Below are positions 9,723-17,681 of a stretch of DNA of 64,000 bases, piece by piece. The DNA comes from Candidatus Binatia bacterium (lineage in GTDB: Bacteria; Desulfobacterota; Binatia; UBA9968): assembly GCA_036378835.1 (NCBI GenBank), contig DASUVS010000010.1, forward strand, positions 1,308-65,307, given 5' to 3'. A model generated the notes under the pieces. That model searched no databases. It was not told the DNA's origin and worked only from the letters and a program-made list of their open reading frames with translations. The translations under genes were made by a program, and so were the position numbers. Every line of letters begins with the position of its first letter. The stretch's first letter is position 1.

Positions 9723-11003
9723 TCATTCGCGAATCTGCCCATCCCCGAACACAATGAACTTGGTTGTCGTCAGTTCCTCTAAACCCATCGGTCCAAAAGC
9801 GTGAATCTTGCTCGTACTGATACCGATCTCGGCGCCGAGACCGAGCTCGCCGCCGTCATTGAAGCGAGTCGAAGCATTGACCATCACCGCCGAAGAGTTG
9901 ACCCGGTCGATGAACTCTCGGGATCTTCGATAATTGGTCGTAATGATCGATTCGGTATGTTCCGAGCCGTACTGTTCAATGTGCGCAATCGCCTGGTCCA
10001 TGTCCTTGACGATTCGGACGGCAAGAATCAGATCAAGATACTCAGTCGTCCAATCCTCTTCGTTAGCCTTCTTGATGTCGGGAACCAACGCGCTGGTTTT
10101 ATCGCAGCCGCGAATCTCTACCCCCGCAGCCTGATATTTTGCGATCAGCGCCGGCAGAAATTTCGATGCGACGGCTTGGTGGACCAACAGAGTCTCCATC
10201 GAGTTACAAACCGATGGCCGTTGAACCTTGGCGTTTAGACAGATCCGTTCGGCCATATCGAGCTCGGCATCGACATCAACATAGATATGACAAACGCCTT
10301 TGTAGTGCTTGATGACCGGTACTTTAGAATTCGCCACAACCGCGCGAATCAGTTCCTCGCCACCTCGCGGAATAATCAGATCGATGTACGACTCCAATTG
10401 CAGCAACTCGTGAACCAACGCACGATCTGTGGATTCGACCACTTGGATAGCATGTTTCGGCACCGCCGTTACGCCGCAAGCGGTTTGCAGCACTTTGCCG
10501 ATTGCCTGGTTTGAGTTATGCGCCTCACTTCCACCCCTCAGGATAACCGCGTTTCCGGACTTCAAACACAGCGCCGCGGCATCGGCGGTTACATTGGGAC
10601 GGGCCTCATAGATGATCCCGATAACACCTAAAGGAATGCGCATCTTTCCGACTTGCAAGCCATTGGGGCGGCGCGACATCTTAACTATTTCGCGCACCGG
10701 ATCCGGCAACGCCGCAATTTCGCGCAGACCTTTGGCCATCGATTGTACGCGGCTCGAAGTCAGCGCAATTCGATCCAGAACCGCGCCGGTGATCTTTGCT
10801 TTCTTTGCAGCATTTAGATCATGCTGATTCTCATCAATTAAAAATGCGCTTTGAGCCTCGAGTCCGTCCGCCATGAGTTGCAGCGCCTGATTTTTATCCT
10901 CGGAGGAAAGCACCGCGAGGCGGCGCGCCGCAGCCTTGGCTTGCCGGCCGAGCTGGATTGCTTGTTCGGCGAATGAGGCATTCGCCAATGTGCTTTTCTT
11001 CAC
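9723..11003 (-). CDS. proA: Gamma-glutamyl phosphate reductase
   Basis: 426-aa aldehyde-dehydrogenase-fold protein typical of ProA. The GTG start makes a GTGA overlap with the proB stop. Confidence 0.93.
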   Translation of the reverse strand: MKKSTLANASFAEQAIQLGRQAKAAARRLAVLSSEDKNQALQLMADGLEAQSAFLIDENQHDLNAAKKAKITGAVLDRIALTSSRVQSMAKGLREIAALPDPVREIVKMSRRPNGLQVGKMRIPLGVIGIIYEARPNVTADAAALCLKSGNAVILRGGSEAHNSNQAIGKVLQTACGVTAVPKHAIQVVESTDRALVHELLQLESYIDLIIPRGGEELIRAVVANSKVPVIKHYKGVCHIYVDVDAELDMAERICLNAKVQRPSVCNSMETLLVHQAVASKFLPALIAKYQAAGVEIRGCDKTSALVPDIKKANEEDWTTEYLDLILAVRIVKDMDQAIAHIEQYGSEHTESIITTNYRRSREFIDRVNSSAVMVNASTRFNDGGELGLGAEIGISTSKIHAFGPMGLEELTTTKFIVFGDGQIRE

Positions 11004-12175
11004 AGCAACACCAGATCGTCGCGATGGATAATCTCGTCAAATGGCTTGTAGCCGAGAGCTTGTTCAATCCTGCTTGTATGCAATCCTTTGATTTGATTCA
11101 ACTCCAAAGCGCTGTAATTGATCAAACCGCGGGCAAACTCCCGCCCGTCAAGATCCACGCAACGCACGCACTCACCGACCCCAAAAGAGCCGCGCACCTC
11201 TCTCACTCCGGAAGGCAGCAGACTGGTCTTCTTTCGCACCAGAGCTTCATGAGCTCCCGAATCGACGACGACCTCACCTGCGGGCTTTAAATTGAAAGCA
11301 ATCCAATGCTTGCGATTGGTTAAGCGATTACTATCGGGAAGGATAACGGTTCCGACTTCTTCGTTCGGGTCGAATACGCCGGCGATCGAACCCGCGATCA
11401 ATCCGCTGGTTATCACCGTGGGGATGCCGGCGGCGGCTGCTTCTTCGGCGGCGGCAATTTTGGTCGCCATGCCGCCGGTGCCAAAGACGCTTCTGCTCGA
11501 GCCGATCACTTTGGATTTGATATCTTTGATGTCTTCAATCAGCGGAATGATTACCGCATTGGAATCTAGTCGCGGATCACGGTCATACACTCCTGCGACA
11601 TCACTTAGAATAAGCAATAGATCGGCTTCGAGCAGCGTCGCCACTAGCGCCGAGAGATGATCGTTATCGCCAAACTTCATTTCCTCCACGGCAACTGTGT
11701 CGTTTTCATTGACGATGGAGATGATCGACGATGCCAGCAACATTTGAAAGGTATGTTTGGCATTAAGATACCGTTGCCGATTGGCGAGATCTTCGTGGGT
11801 GAGCAGAACCTGCGCGACGTTCTTGCTGAACTTGCCGAAGGCGCGCTCGTATAACGCCATCAACCTGATTTGTCCAACGGCTGCAAGCGCCTGTTTCTCG
11901 GGAATGCTCTGCGGCCGCTCTTTGCGACGGAGCCGAGTCATGCCGGCTGCCACGGCCCCGGAACTGACCACGACGATCTCTTTGCCTTGATCATGGAGTG
12001 CCGCCAGCTCGGATACTAAGGCTTCGAGGCGGGCTTCCTCTATGCCGGTTGAGGAAGAAAGGATCTGGCTGCCGATCTTGACCACAACCCGGCGCGCCCG
12101 GCGCACAATTGATTTCTTATGATCGCGCTGCGTCACCGGCTTCTTCTTCCTTAACGCGCTTGGCTCGCTCCACAT
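11000..12175 (-). CDS. proB: Glutamate 5-kinase (with PUA domain)
   Basis: RRVVVKIGSQ amino-acid kinase N-terminus and a C-terminal PUA domain. The start is uncertain: ATG 12175, GTG 12136 (preceded by AAGGAAGAAG) or GTG 12106. All ORF-track starts overlap the 3' end of obg. Confidence 0.9.
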   Translation of the reverse strand: MWSEPSALRKKKPVTQRDHKKSIVRRARRVVVKIGSQILSSSTGIEEARLEALVSELAALHDQGKEIVVVSSGAVAAGMTRLRRKERPQSIPEKQALAAVGQIRLMALYERAFGKFSKNVAQVLLTHEDLANRQRYLNAKHTFQMLLASSIISIVNENDTVAVEEMKFGDNDHLSALVATLLEADLLLILSDVAGVYDRDPRLDSNAVIIPLIEDIKDIKSKVIGSSRSVFGTGGMATKIAAAEEAAAAGIPTVITSGLIAGSIAGVFDPNEEVGTVILPDSNRLTNRKHWIAFNLKPAGEVVVDSGAHEALVRKKTSLLPSGVREVRGSFGVGECVRCVDLDGREFARGLINYSALELNQIKGLHTSRIEQALGYKPFDEIIHRDDLVLL

Positions 12176-13160
12176 GCATCCCAACCTTTTGCATCAGCGT
12201 CCGTACTCCCTCGCCGGTCACGGCGGAGATTAGATACAGCGGCCGATATGGATCCGGCAATTTTTCTTCGATCAATTTTGCGTTCTCCCTTGCCTCGGGA
12301 ATATCGATTTTGTTTGCGACGACGACTTGTGGTTTTCTCGCCAGATCCTCGTCGAAGAGTTCCAATTCCCGATTGATGGTGGACCAGTCGGCTAGCGGCC
12401 TTTTCGGATCAATTCGTGACCCATCGAGCAAATGAATCAACACACTCGTGCGGGTCACATGTCTTAAAAACTTGTCCCCCAAGCCATGTCCGTGGTGGGC
12501 GCCTTCGATCAATCCCGGAATATCGGCAACCACGAAACTCTTCCCTTCATTGTAGCTGACCACACCGAGATTGGGCACCAGGGTCGTAAACGGGTAGTCG
12601 GCAATTTTCGGCCGCACTGCAGAAATAACCGAGATCAAAGTGGACTTACCGGCATTGGGAACTCCAATAATTCCAACGTCGGCCAATAGCCGCAATTCGA
12701 TCTCCAACTCGCGATCCTCACCAGGTTCACCCGGCTGGGCGAACCGCGGGCTACGATTGGTCGATGAAACGAAATGCGCATTGCCTTTGCCGCCTCGCCC
12801 GCCAGCGGCGAGCACAATACGGTCGCCGGCCTTATCCAGATCACCGATAGTCTCGCCGGTCCGGGTATCGCGGACAATCGTTCCCACCGGAACTTTCACG
12901 ATACAGTCATCGCCGCGACGTCCATGACAGTCGCTGCCCATCCCGTGCTGGCCGCGACCAGCCTTGCACTCCTTATGATAGCGTAGATCCAGCAAAGTCG
13001 TGAGCTGTGGATCCGCAACCGCAATGACATCGCCACCGGTCCCGCCATTGCCACCGTCGGGGCCGCCGCGACTGATGAACTTTTCGCGATGAAAGCTGAC
13101 GCAACCACGTCCGCCATCGCCGCCGATGACCCGTATTTTTGTCTCGTCGATGAATTTCAT
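12117..13160 (-). CDS. obgE: GTPase Obg/CgtA
   Basis: MKFIDE start, Gly-rich Obg fold (GGDGGRGCVSF, GGPDGGNGGTGG), G1 motif GVPNAGKST. Confidence 0.95.
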   Translation of the reverse strand: MKFIDETKIRVIGGDGGRGCVSFHREKFISRGGPDGGNGGTGGDVIAVADPQLTTLLDLRYHKECKAGRGQHGMGSDCHGRRGDDCIVKVPVGTIVRDTRTGETIGDLDKAGDRIVLAAGGRGGKGNAHFVSSTNRSPRFAQPGEPGEDRELEIELRLLADVGIIGVPNAGKSTLISVISAVRPKIADYPFTTLVPNLGVVSYNEGKSFVVADIPGLIEGAHHGHGLGDKFLRHVTRTSVLIHLLDGSRIDPKRPLADWSTINRELELFDEDLARKPQVVVANKIDIPEARENAKLIEEKLPDPYRPLYLISAVTGEGVRTLMQKVGMHVERAKRVKEEEAGDAARS

Positions 13161-13282
13161 CACGCTGAAAGTAAACGTAAGCCGCAGTTTAATCAGTCCG
13201 GTCTACATCAATACGTTCGCTTTTCTCCTCCCCGCTTCTACTTTACCCATTCTCAAATCACTGCACCATGTTTATCATGGGC

Positions 13283-13307
13283 AAAAAAAAAGCCCCTTTC
13301 GGGGCTT
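13283..13307 (-). terminator. Rho-independent terminator after rpmA
   Basis: Minus strand reads AAGCCCC-GAAA-GGGGCTT followed by T9. It lies between the rpmA stop (13330) and the obg start. Confidence 0.85.
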
Positions 13308-13329
13308 TCGGTTCAATGCAGGCGATTTC

Positions 13330-13587
13330 CTACTGCACAGGCAGCACGTTTACCCGTTTGCGCGAACGGTCGAGCCGGTCGAAGTTCACCACGCCATCGA
13401 TCAACGCAAACAAAGTAAAGTCCCGGCCCATGCCCACGTTTCGGCCCGGGTGAATGCGGGTGCCGAGTTGGCGTATAATGATATTACCGGCACGCACGGT
13501 TTCACCGCCAAACACTTTGACACCGCGTCGTTGCCCTTTGCTATCGCGCCCGTTACGGGAACTCCCACCAGCTTTTTTGTGCGCCAT
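13330..13587 (-). CDS. rpmA: 50S ribosomal protein L27
   Basis: [16 protein letters not shown] is the canonical L27 N-terminus. Confidence 0.98.
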   Translation of the reverse strand: MAHKKAGGSSRNGRDSKGQRRGVKVFGGETVRAGNIIIRQLGTRIHPGRNVGMGRDFTLFALIDGVVNFDRLDRSRKRVNVLPVQ

Positions 13588-13611
13588 ATCGTGTCCTACT
13601 CTCTAGATCTT

Positions 13612-13926
13612 CTAACCATCGATTCCGGTGATCTTAAGCGTGGTCTGATGCTGCCGATGACCTCGCTGGCGACTATAACTCTTACGCCGCTTCTTTTTGA
13701 AAACCAGAACCTTCTTCGCTTTGGCTTGGCTGACAATCTCGCCGGTTACAGAGGCGTTCTCCAGCAGCGGCGAACCGATTCTGACGTCGCCGTTACCTCC
13801 GATAAACAGCACATCACCGAGAGTTATCTTTTCGCCGACTTCCCCAGTAAGCTTCTCAATCTTTACGAGATCCCCTTCAGATACCCGGTACTGCTTCCCG
13901 CCAGTTTTGATGACTGCATATTTCAT
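13612..13926 (-). CDS. rplU: 50S ribosomal protein L21
   Basis: MKYAVIKTGGKQYRVSEGD is the canonical L21 N-terminus. Confidence 0.98.
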   Translation of the reverse strand: MKYAVIKTGGKQYRVSEGDLVKIEKLTGEVGEKITLGDVLFIGGNGDVRIGSPLLENASVTGEIVSQAKAKKVLVFKKKRRKSYSRQRGHRQHQTTLKITGIDG

Positions 13927-13943
13927 GATCTTACCAAAAGATT

Positions 13944-13972
13944 TTTGTAACGGAGATTCCAGCCAAAGTCAA
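13944..13972 (-). promoter_or_regulatory. Candidate sigma70 promoter of rplU-rpmA
   Basis: Minus strand reads TTGACT (13972-13967), 17 nt, TACAAA (13949-13944). Confidence 0.4.
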
Positions 13973-14044
13973 TAATATCCGGTCACGAGGACGCTTGCGG
14001 TAGCCCTTGGGATAACGCGCACCAAAAACTTTTTTAGACCCTAG

Positions 14045-14073
14045 TTGACAAAGGCTCGACAGTTAAATATACA
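14045..14073 (+). promoter_or_regulatory. Candidate sigma70 promoter of the MarR-permease operon
   Basis: TTGACA (14045-14050), 17 nt, TATACA (14068-14073). Confidence 0.5.
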
Positions 14074-14102
14074 TCGCAATGCGATAGTATCGTAACACGA
14101 TA
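14073..14102. promoter_or_regulatory. Two adjacent inverted repeats overlapping the -10/+1 region (candidate MarR operators)
   Basis: ATCGCA-A-TGCGAT (14073-14085) and TATCGT-AAC-ACGATA (14088-14102). Both are perfect. Confidence 0.45.
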
Positions 14103-14122
14103 TTGTTTGATGATGGTGATCC

Positions 14123-14602
14123 GTGCCCGATTTTAAAGCAATGGCGGAACTACGGTATCAAATACGTAAGTTCCTGAGATTCAGCGAAAATGCCGCACGC
14201 CAAGCCGGGATCGAACCGCAACAGCACCAATTGCTTTTGGCCATTAGGGGATTACCGGATGCGGCAAGTCCGACTATCGGAGTGCTGGCCGAGAGAATGC
14301 AGCTGCAGCACCATAGCACGGTGGAACTTGTGGACCGGCTGGTAGACCGAAATTTCTTGTGCCGATTACGATCGACCAACGACCGCCGGCAGGTCTTGGT
14401 CAAGCTAACGCACGATGGAGAAAATTTTCTCGAGAAGCTTTCACTGCACCACTTGGAAGAACTTCAGTCAGCCGGACCGACCTTCGTCAAGGTCCTTAAT
14501 AGCCTGCTCGCCGATAGTCTCATCGACAATCCCAACTCCGCCTCTGAAGTAGCGAAGGAAACCGTGACCGATAAACCACGAAAGGATAGAAACCATGGCT
14601 GA
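14123..14602 (+). CDS. MarR family transcriptional regulator
   Basis: Winged-HTH MarR core (LQHHSTVELVDRLVDRNFLCRLRSTNDRRQVLVKLT). GTG start at 14123; an alternative ATG lies at 14141. Confidence 0.85.
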   Translation: MPDFKAMAELRYQIRKFLRFSENAARQAGIEPQQHQLLLAIRGLPDAASPTIGVLAERMQLQHHSTVELVDRLVDRNFLCRLRSTNDRRQVLVKLTHDGENFLEKLSLHHLEELQSAGPTFVKVLNSLLADSLIDNPNSASEVAKETVTDKPRKDRNHG

Positions 14603-15443
14603 TCAATCGGCTGAAGAACTATTGCTCGACGTAAGGGTTGCCGAAGCGTCAAGACTTTACAAGTTCTATTTAAATAACGAACAGAAAATACTCGGCACAG
14701 CGAGTGTGGTGACGTTCTTAGTGGCATGGGAGCTCGTTGGAAATGTTCTTCAATTGATCAATCCCATGTTCATGAGCGCGCCTTCGCTGATCTTCAAGGC
14801 CGCGATCGACATGTTTTCCTCCGGCGAGATATACAACGATCTCTATGTCAGCGGTATCGAACTCTTCTGGGGATATGTTCTCTCGGCTGTCGTCGCCGTC
14901 CCGTTTGGCATCATGGTGGGCTGGTACAAGAGAGCGAGCTATATCTTTGACCCTTTCATCAATGCCATGAACGCGACCCCTCGAGTGGCGCTTTTGCCTC
15001 TGGTGATTATCTGGTTAGGAATCGGCATACTTTCGAAGGTCGGCATTATCTTTCTAGGCGCCGTTTTCCCGATCTTGATCAATACCCGCGATGGAGTCAA
15101 AACCACTCCGTATAACCTTCTCACTGCGGCCAGGAGTTTTGGCGCTTCGGAGTGGATGCTGTTCAAAACAGTGGTGTTGCCTTCGACAATTCCTTTTATC
15201 CTGACCGGTATGCGACTCGGGCTGGGCCGGGCCATCGTCGGAGTCATGGTGGGCGAGCTTTACGCGGCTACCGCCGGCATTGGCTTTATGATCACCGTTG
15301 CCGGCGCCACTTTTCAGACCGACAAGGTCTTCGTCGGTGTGCTGATCTTCGCCTTGACCGGTATGATCGGAATGGAGGTACTCACCCGGATCGAGCGGCG
15401 TTTCGACAAGTGGCGCCCCAAAGTGGGAGCGCAGGAGATCTAG
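14595..15443 (+). CDS. ABC transporter permease (NitT/TauT/SsuC-like)
   Basis: About 6 TM segments. EAA loop LLTAARSFGASEWMLFKTVVLPSTIPFILTGMRLGLGRA. The start overlaps the MarR stop by 8 nt. Confidence 0.88.
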   Translation: MADQSAEELLLDVRVAEASRLYKFYLNNEQKILGTASVVTFLVAWELVGNVLQLINPMFMSAPSLIFKAAIDMFSSGEIYNDLYVSGIELFWGYVLSAVVAVPFGIMVGWYKRASYIFDPFINAMNATPRVALLPLVIIWLGIGILSKVGIIFLGAVFPILINTRDGVKTTPYNLLTAARSFGASEWMLFKTVVLPSTIPFILTGMRLGLGRAIVGVMVGELYAATAGIGFMITVAGATFQTDKVFVGVLIFALTGMIGMEVLTRIERRFDKWRPKVGAQEI

Positions 15444-15479
15444 ATCCAAACTTAGGTATTTGGTTCGCGTGCTTCAAAA

Positions 15480-15507
15480 GGCCCCTCTAGCGAGGGGCCT
15501 TTTTTTT
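15480..15507 (+). terminator. Rho-independent terminator after the permease gene
   Basis: GGCCCCTC-tagc-GAGGGGCC followed by T8. Confidence 0.85.
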
Positions 15508-15600
15508 GGGACCGGGGATGTGCTCCCGCCAGGCCTCTTGATGCCCGTCCAGCCGTTTGCCATTGTGAAAGCTGGATTCTGACTCACGAAAGGACCTCAC

Positions 15601-16197
15601 ATGCGCAATCTCACATCAGGCTTTTATCTTCTTCGTTCGTCCATGATCCTTCTAGTCCTAACCGCAACCGGGTGCGGTTATAATACCCTCCAGAGTCTGG
15701 ACGAAGAAGTGAAAGGCGCCTGGGGAGAAGTTCAGAATCAGTATCAGCGCCGCGCCGATCTCGTGCCCAACCTGGTCGCGACCGTTAAAGGAGCGGCGAA
15801 ATTTGAACAGGATACCCTGACACAGGTGATCGAAGCCCGAAGTAACGCGACAGCGACCAAGATCGATCCAGAGACGCTCAACAATCCTGAAGCATTCAAA
15901 AAGTTCGAGCAGGCGCAAAACCAGCTCTCTAGCGCGTTATCTCGTTTACTCGTGGTGGTGGAACGATATCCAGAGCTGAAGGCAAACCAAAATTTCCAAA
16001 ACTTGCAAGCGCAGCTGGAAGGCACCGAAAACCGGATTGCGGTGGCTCGCAAACGTTATGTCGAACGCGTGGCTCAATACAATACTGCTGTGCGTTCGTT
16101 TCCCACTAATCTCACGGCAAAGTTCTTGGGCTTAAATGTTCGGCCGTCGTTCAGCGCCGACGAAGCCGCGCAAAAGCCGCCACAGGTAAAATTCTAG
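15601..16197 (+). CDS. LemA family protein
   Basis: N-terminal lipoprotein-like signal or TM segment. LemA core (RRADLVPNLV, ERYPELKANQNF). Confidence 0.9.
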   Translation: MRNLTSGFYLLRSSMILLVLTATGCGYNTLQSLDEEVKGAWGEVQNQYQRRADLVPNLVATVKGAAKFEQDTLTQVIEARSNATATKIDPETLNNPEAFKKFEQAQNQLSSALSRLLVVVERYPELKANQNFQNLQAQLEGTENRIAVARKRYVERVAQYNTAVRSFPTNLTAKFLGLNVRPSFSADEAAQKPPQVKF

Positions 16198-16218
16198 GCC
16201 GTACAGCGAATCAGTACC

Positions 16219-17037
16219 TTGCGCCAAGATCCTCATCCACGGATACCGCGACGCGGTCATTTGTCCACGCCGCATAAGTTTGCTTTTTTCCTCTTCTTGC
16301 TTTGCCTGCTATCGACTCGAGCCTATCCGCTGGATGTGCCGCCGCTGCGCGGGCGCGTGAACGATTACGCCAAAGTTATTACAGCGGATCAAACTCGCAA
16401 GTTGGAAGATCAACTTGCGCAATTTGAACGCGATAGCGGTCATCAGGTGGCAGTTTTAACAATCCCATCGCTGGAGGGCGACTCGCTTGAGGACTTCAGT
16501 ATTCGCGTTGCCGAAAATTGGAAAATCGGCAAGAAAGGCTTCGACAACGGTGTCATTCTGATTGTCGTGCCGAAAGATCGCCGACTGCGCCTGGAGGTCG
16601 GATACGGATTGGAGGGCGTGTTGCCCGACGCCATCGCGAACCAGATCATCAGTCAATACATCATACCACGTTTCCGCGCCGGCGATTTCTCGAGCGGCAT
16701 TGTCGCAGGTACGGACGCTGTGCTGAGGGTCATCAAGAACGAACCGCTCCCGGAAGCTGACCGGCAGAAACCGGCGAGACCTTCTGGATCAGGGTTCGGG
16801 TCGCTCACTGGCTTGCTGCTGCTCCTGGGGTTCATAGCTGTCATGTCGATGGCCTCCAACACCAACCGCCGAAGACAAGGCTTATGGACAACCCGCGGCA
16901 GGCGCCCCCCGCCGATCTTTTGGGGTGGCGGCGGTTTTGGCGGAGGTGGATTCGGGGGCGGCGGAGGCTTTGGCGGTGGCGGATTTAGTGGTGGTGGGGG
17001 CGGATTCGGCGGTGGCGGAGCTTCCGGAAGTTGGTGA
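16219..17037 (+). CDS. TPM domain protein (YgcG-like) with Gly-rich C-terminal tail
   Basis: TPM core (RVNDYAKVI...QVAVLTIPSL...GVILIVVPKDRRLRLEVGYGLEG), a TM segment, then a GGGGF-repeat tail. TTG start at 16219; an alternative TTG lies at 16261. Confidence 0.85.
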   Translation: MRQDPHPRIPRRGHLSTPHKFAFFLFLLCLLSTRAYPLDVPPLRGRVNDYAKVITADQTRKLEDQLAQFERDSGHQVAVLTIPSLEGDSLEDFSIRVAENWKIGKKGFDNGVILIVVPKDRRLRLEVGYGLEGVLPDAIANQIISQYIIPRFRAGDFSSGIVAGTDAVLRVIKNEPLPEADRQKPARPSGSGFGSLTGLLLLLGFIAVMSMASNTNRRRQGLWTTRGRRPPPIFWGGGGFGGGGFGGGGGFGGGGFSGGGGGFGGGGASGSW

Positions 17038-17666
17038 TGATGCGTCCAGACAAGTTTCTTACTGAAGCAGAGCGGGAACGCATTCACCAGGCGGTGATCG
17101 CGGCGGAGTCCAAGACTTCCGGCGAAATTGTGCCGATGGTTGTCACCTCCAGCGCGCGCTACAATGAAATCGAACTGTACGGGATCGTCAGCGGGATGTT
17201 TCTCGGAATGCTTTTAGGCTGGCTCTGGCACGATCCCTGGGGATCCTATCGTCTCAATGTCTGGCCGGCCGTCGGCGCCACTCTCGGCTTTTTGATCGCT
17301 CGCATCCCTGCAGTGAAGCGCGGGCTGACATCGAGCAGTCGAGTCGAAGAAGCTGTAAACAATCGTTGTATGGCTGCATTCACCGAGCACGGCCTGCATT
17401 ACACACGCGACCACACCGGCATCTTAATCCTGGTGTCGTTATTGGAGCATCGAGTCGAAGTTCTAGCCGACCGCGGAATCAACGAGAAGGTTCCGCCGGG
17501 CACGTGGAACGAAATTGTCGAGATTCTCACTGCAGGCTTGAAGTCACGCCATGCCGGCGATGCTTTCTGCAAAGCTGTCGAGCGTTGCGGCGAGATTCTA
17601 GCCAGTCACTTTCCGCGCCAAGCCGACGATCGCGACGAACTTCCTAATAGGCTCGTTAGCGATTGA
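17037..17666 (+). CDS. TPM domain protein (TLP18.3/Psb32/MOLO-1 phosphatase family), membrane-inserted variant
   Basis: Motifs SGEIVPMVV and HTGILILVSLLEHRVEVLADRGI. The ATG at 17037 overlaps the upstream TGA (TGATG). Confidence 0.8.
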   Translation: MMRPDKFLTEAERERIHQAVIAAESKTSGEIVPMVVTSSARYNEIELYGIVSGMFLGMLLGWLWHDPWGSYRLNVWPAVGATLGFLIARIPAVKRGLTSSSRVEEAVNNRCMAAFTEHGLHYTRDHTGILILVSLLEHRVEVLADRGINEKVPPGTWNEIVEILTAGLKSRHAGDAFCKAVERCGEILASHFPRQADDRDELPNRLVSD

Positions 17667-17681
17667 TGTGCTTGCGGATAG

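Noticed and set aside
13126-13950. 274-aa plus-strand ORF
   Set aside because: It lies entirely antisense to rpmA and rplU, whose products are unmistakable. It has no recognisable motifs and is a shadow ORF.
16653-17087. 144-aa minus-strand ORF with a long PPPPxPPPP tract
   Set aside because: It is the antisense reading of the GGGGF-repeat tail of the TPM protein, a compositional artefact.
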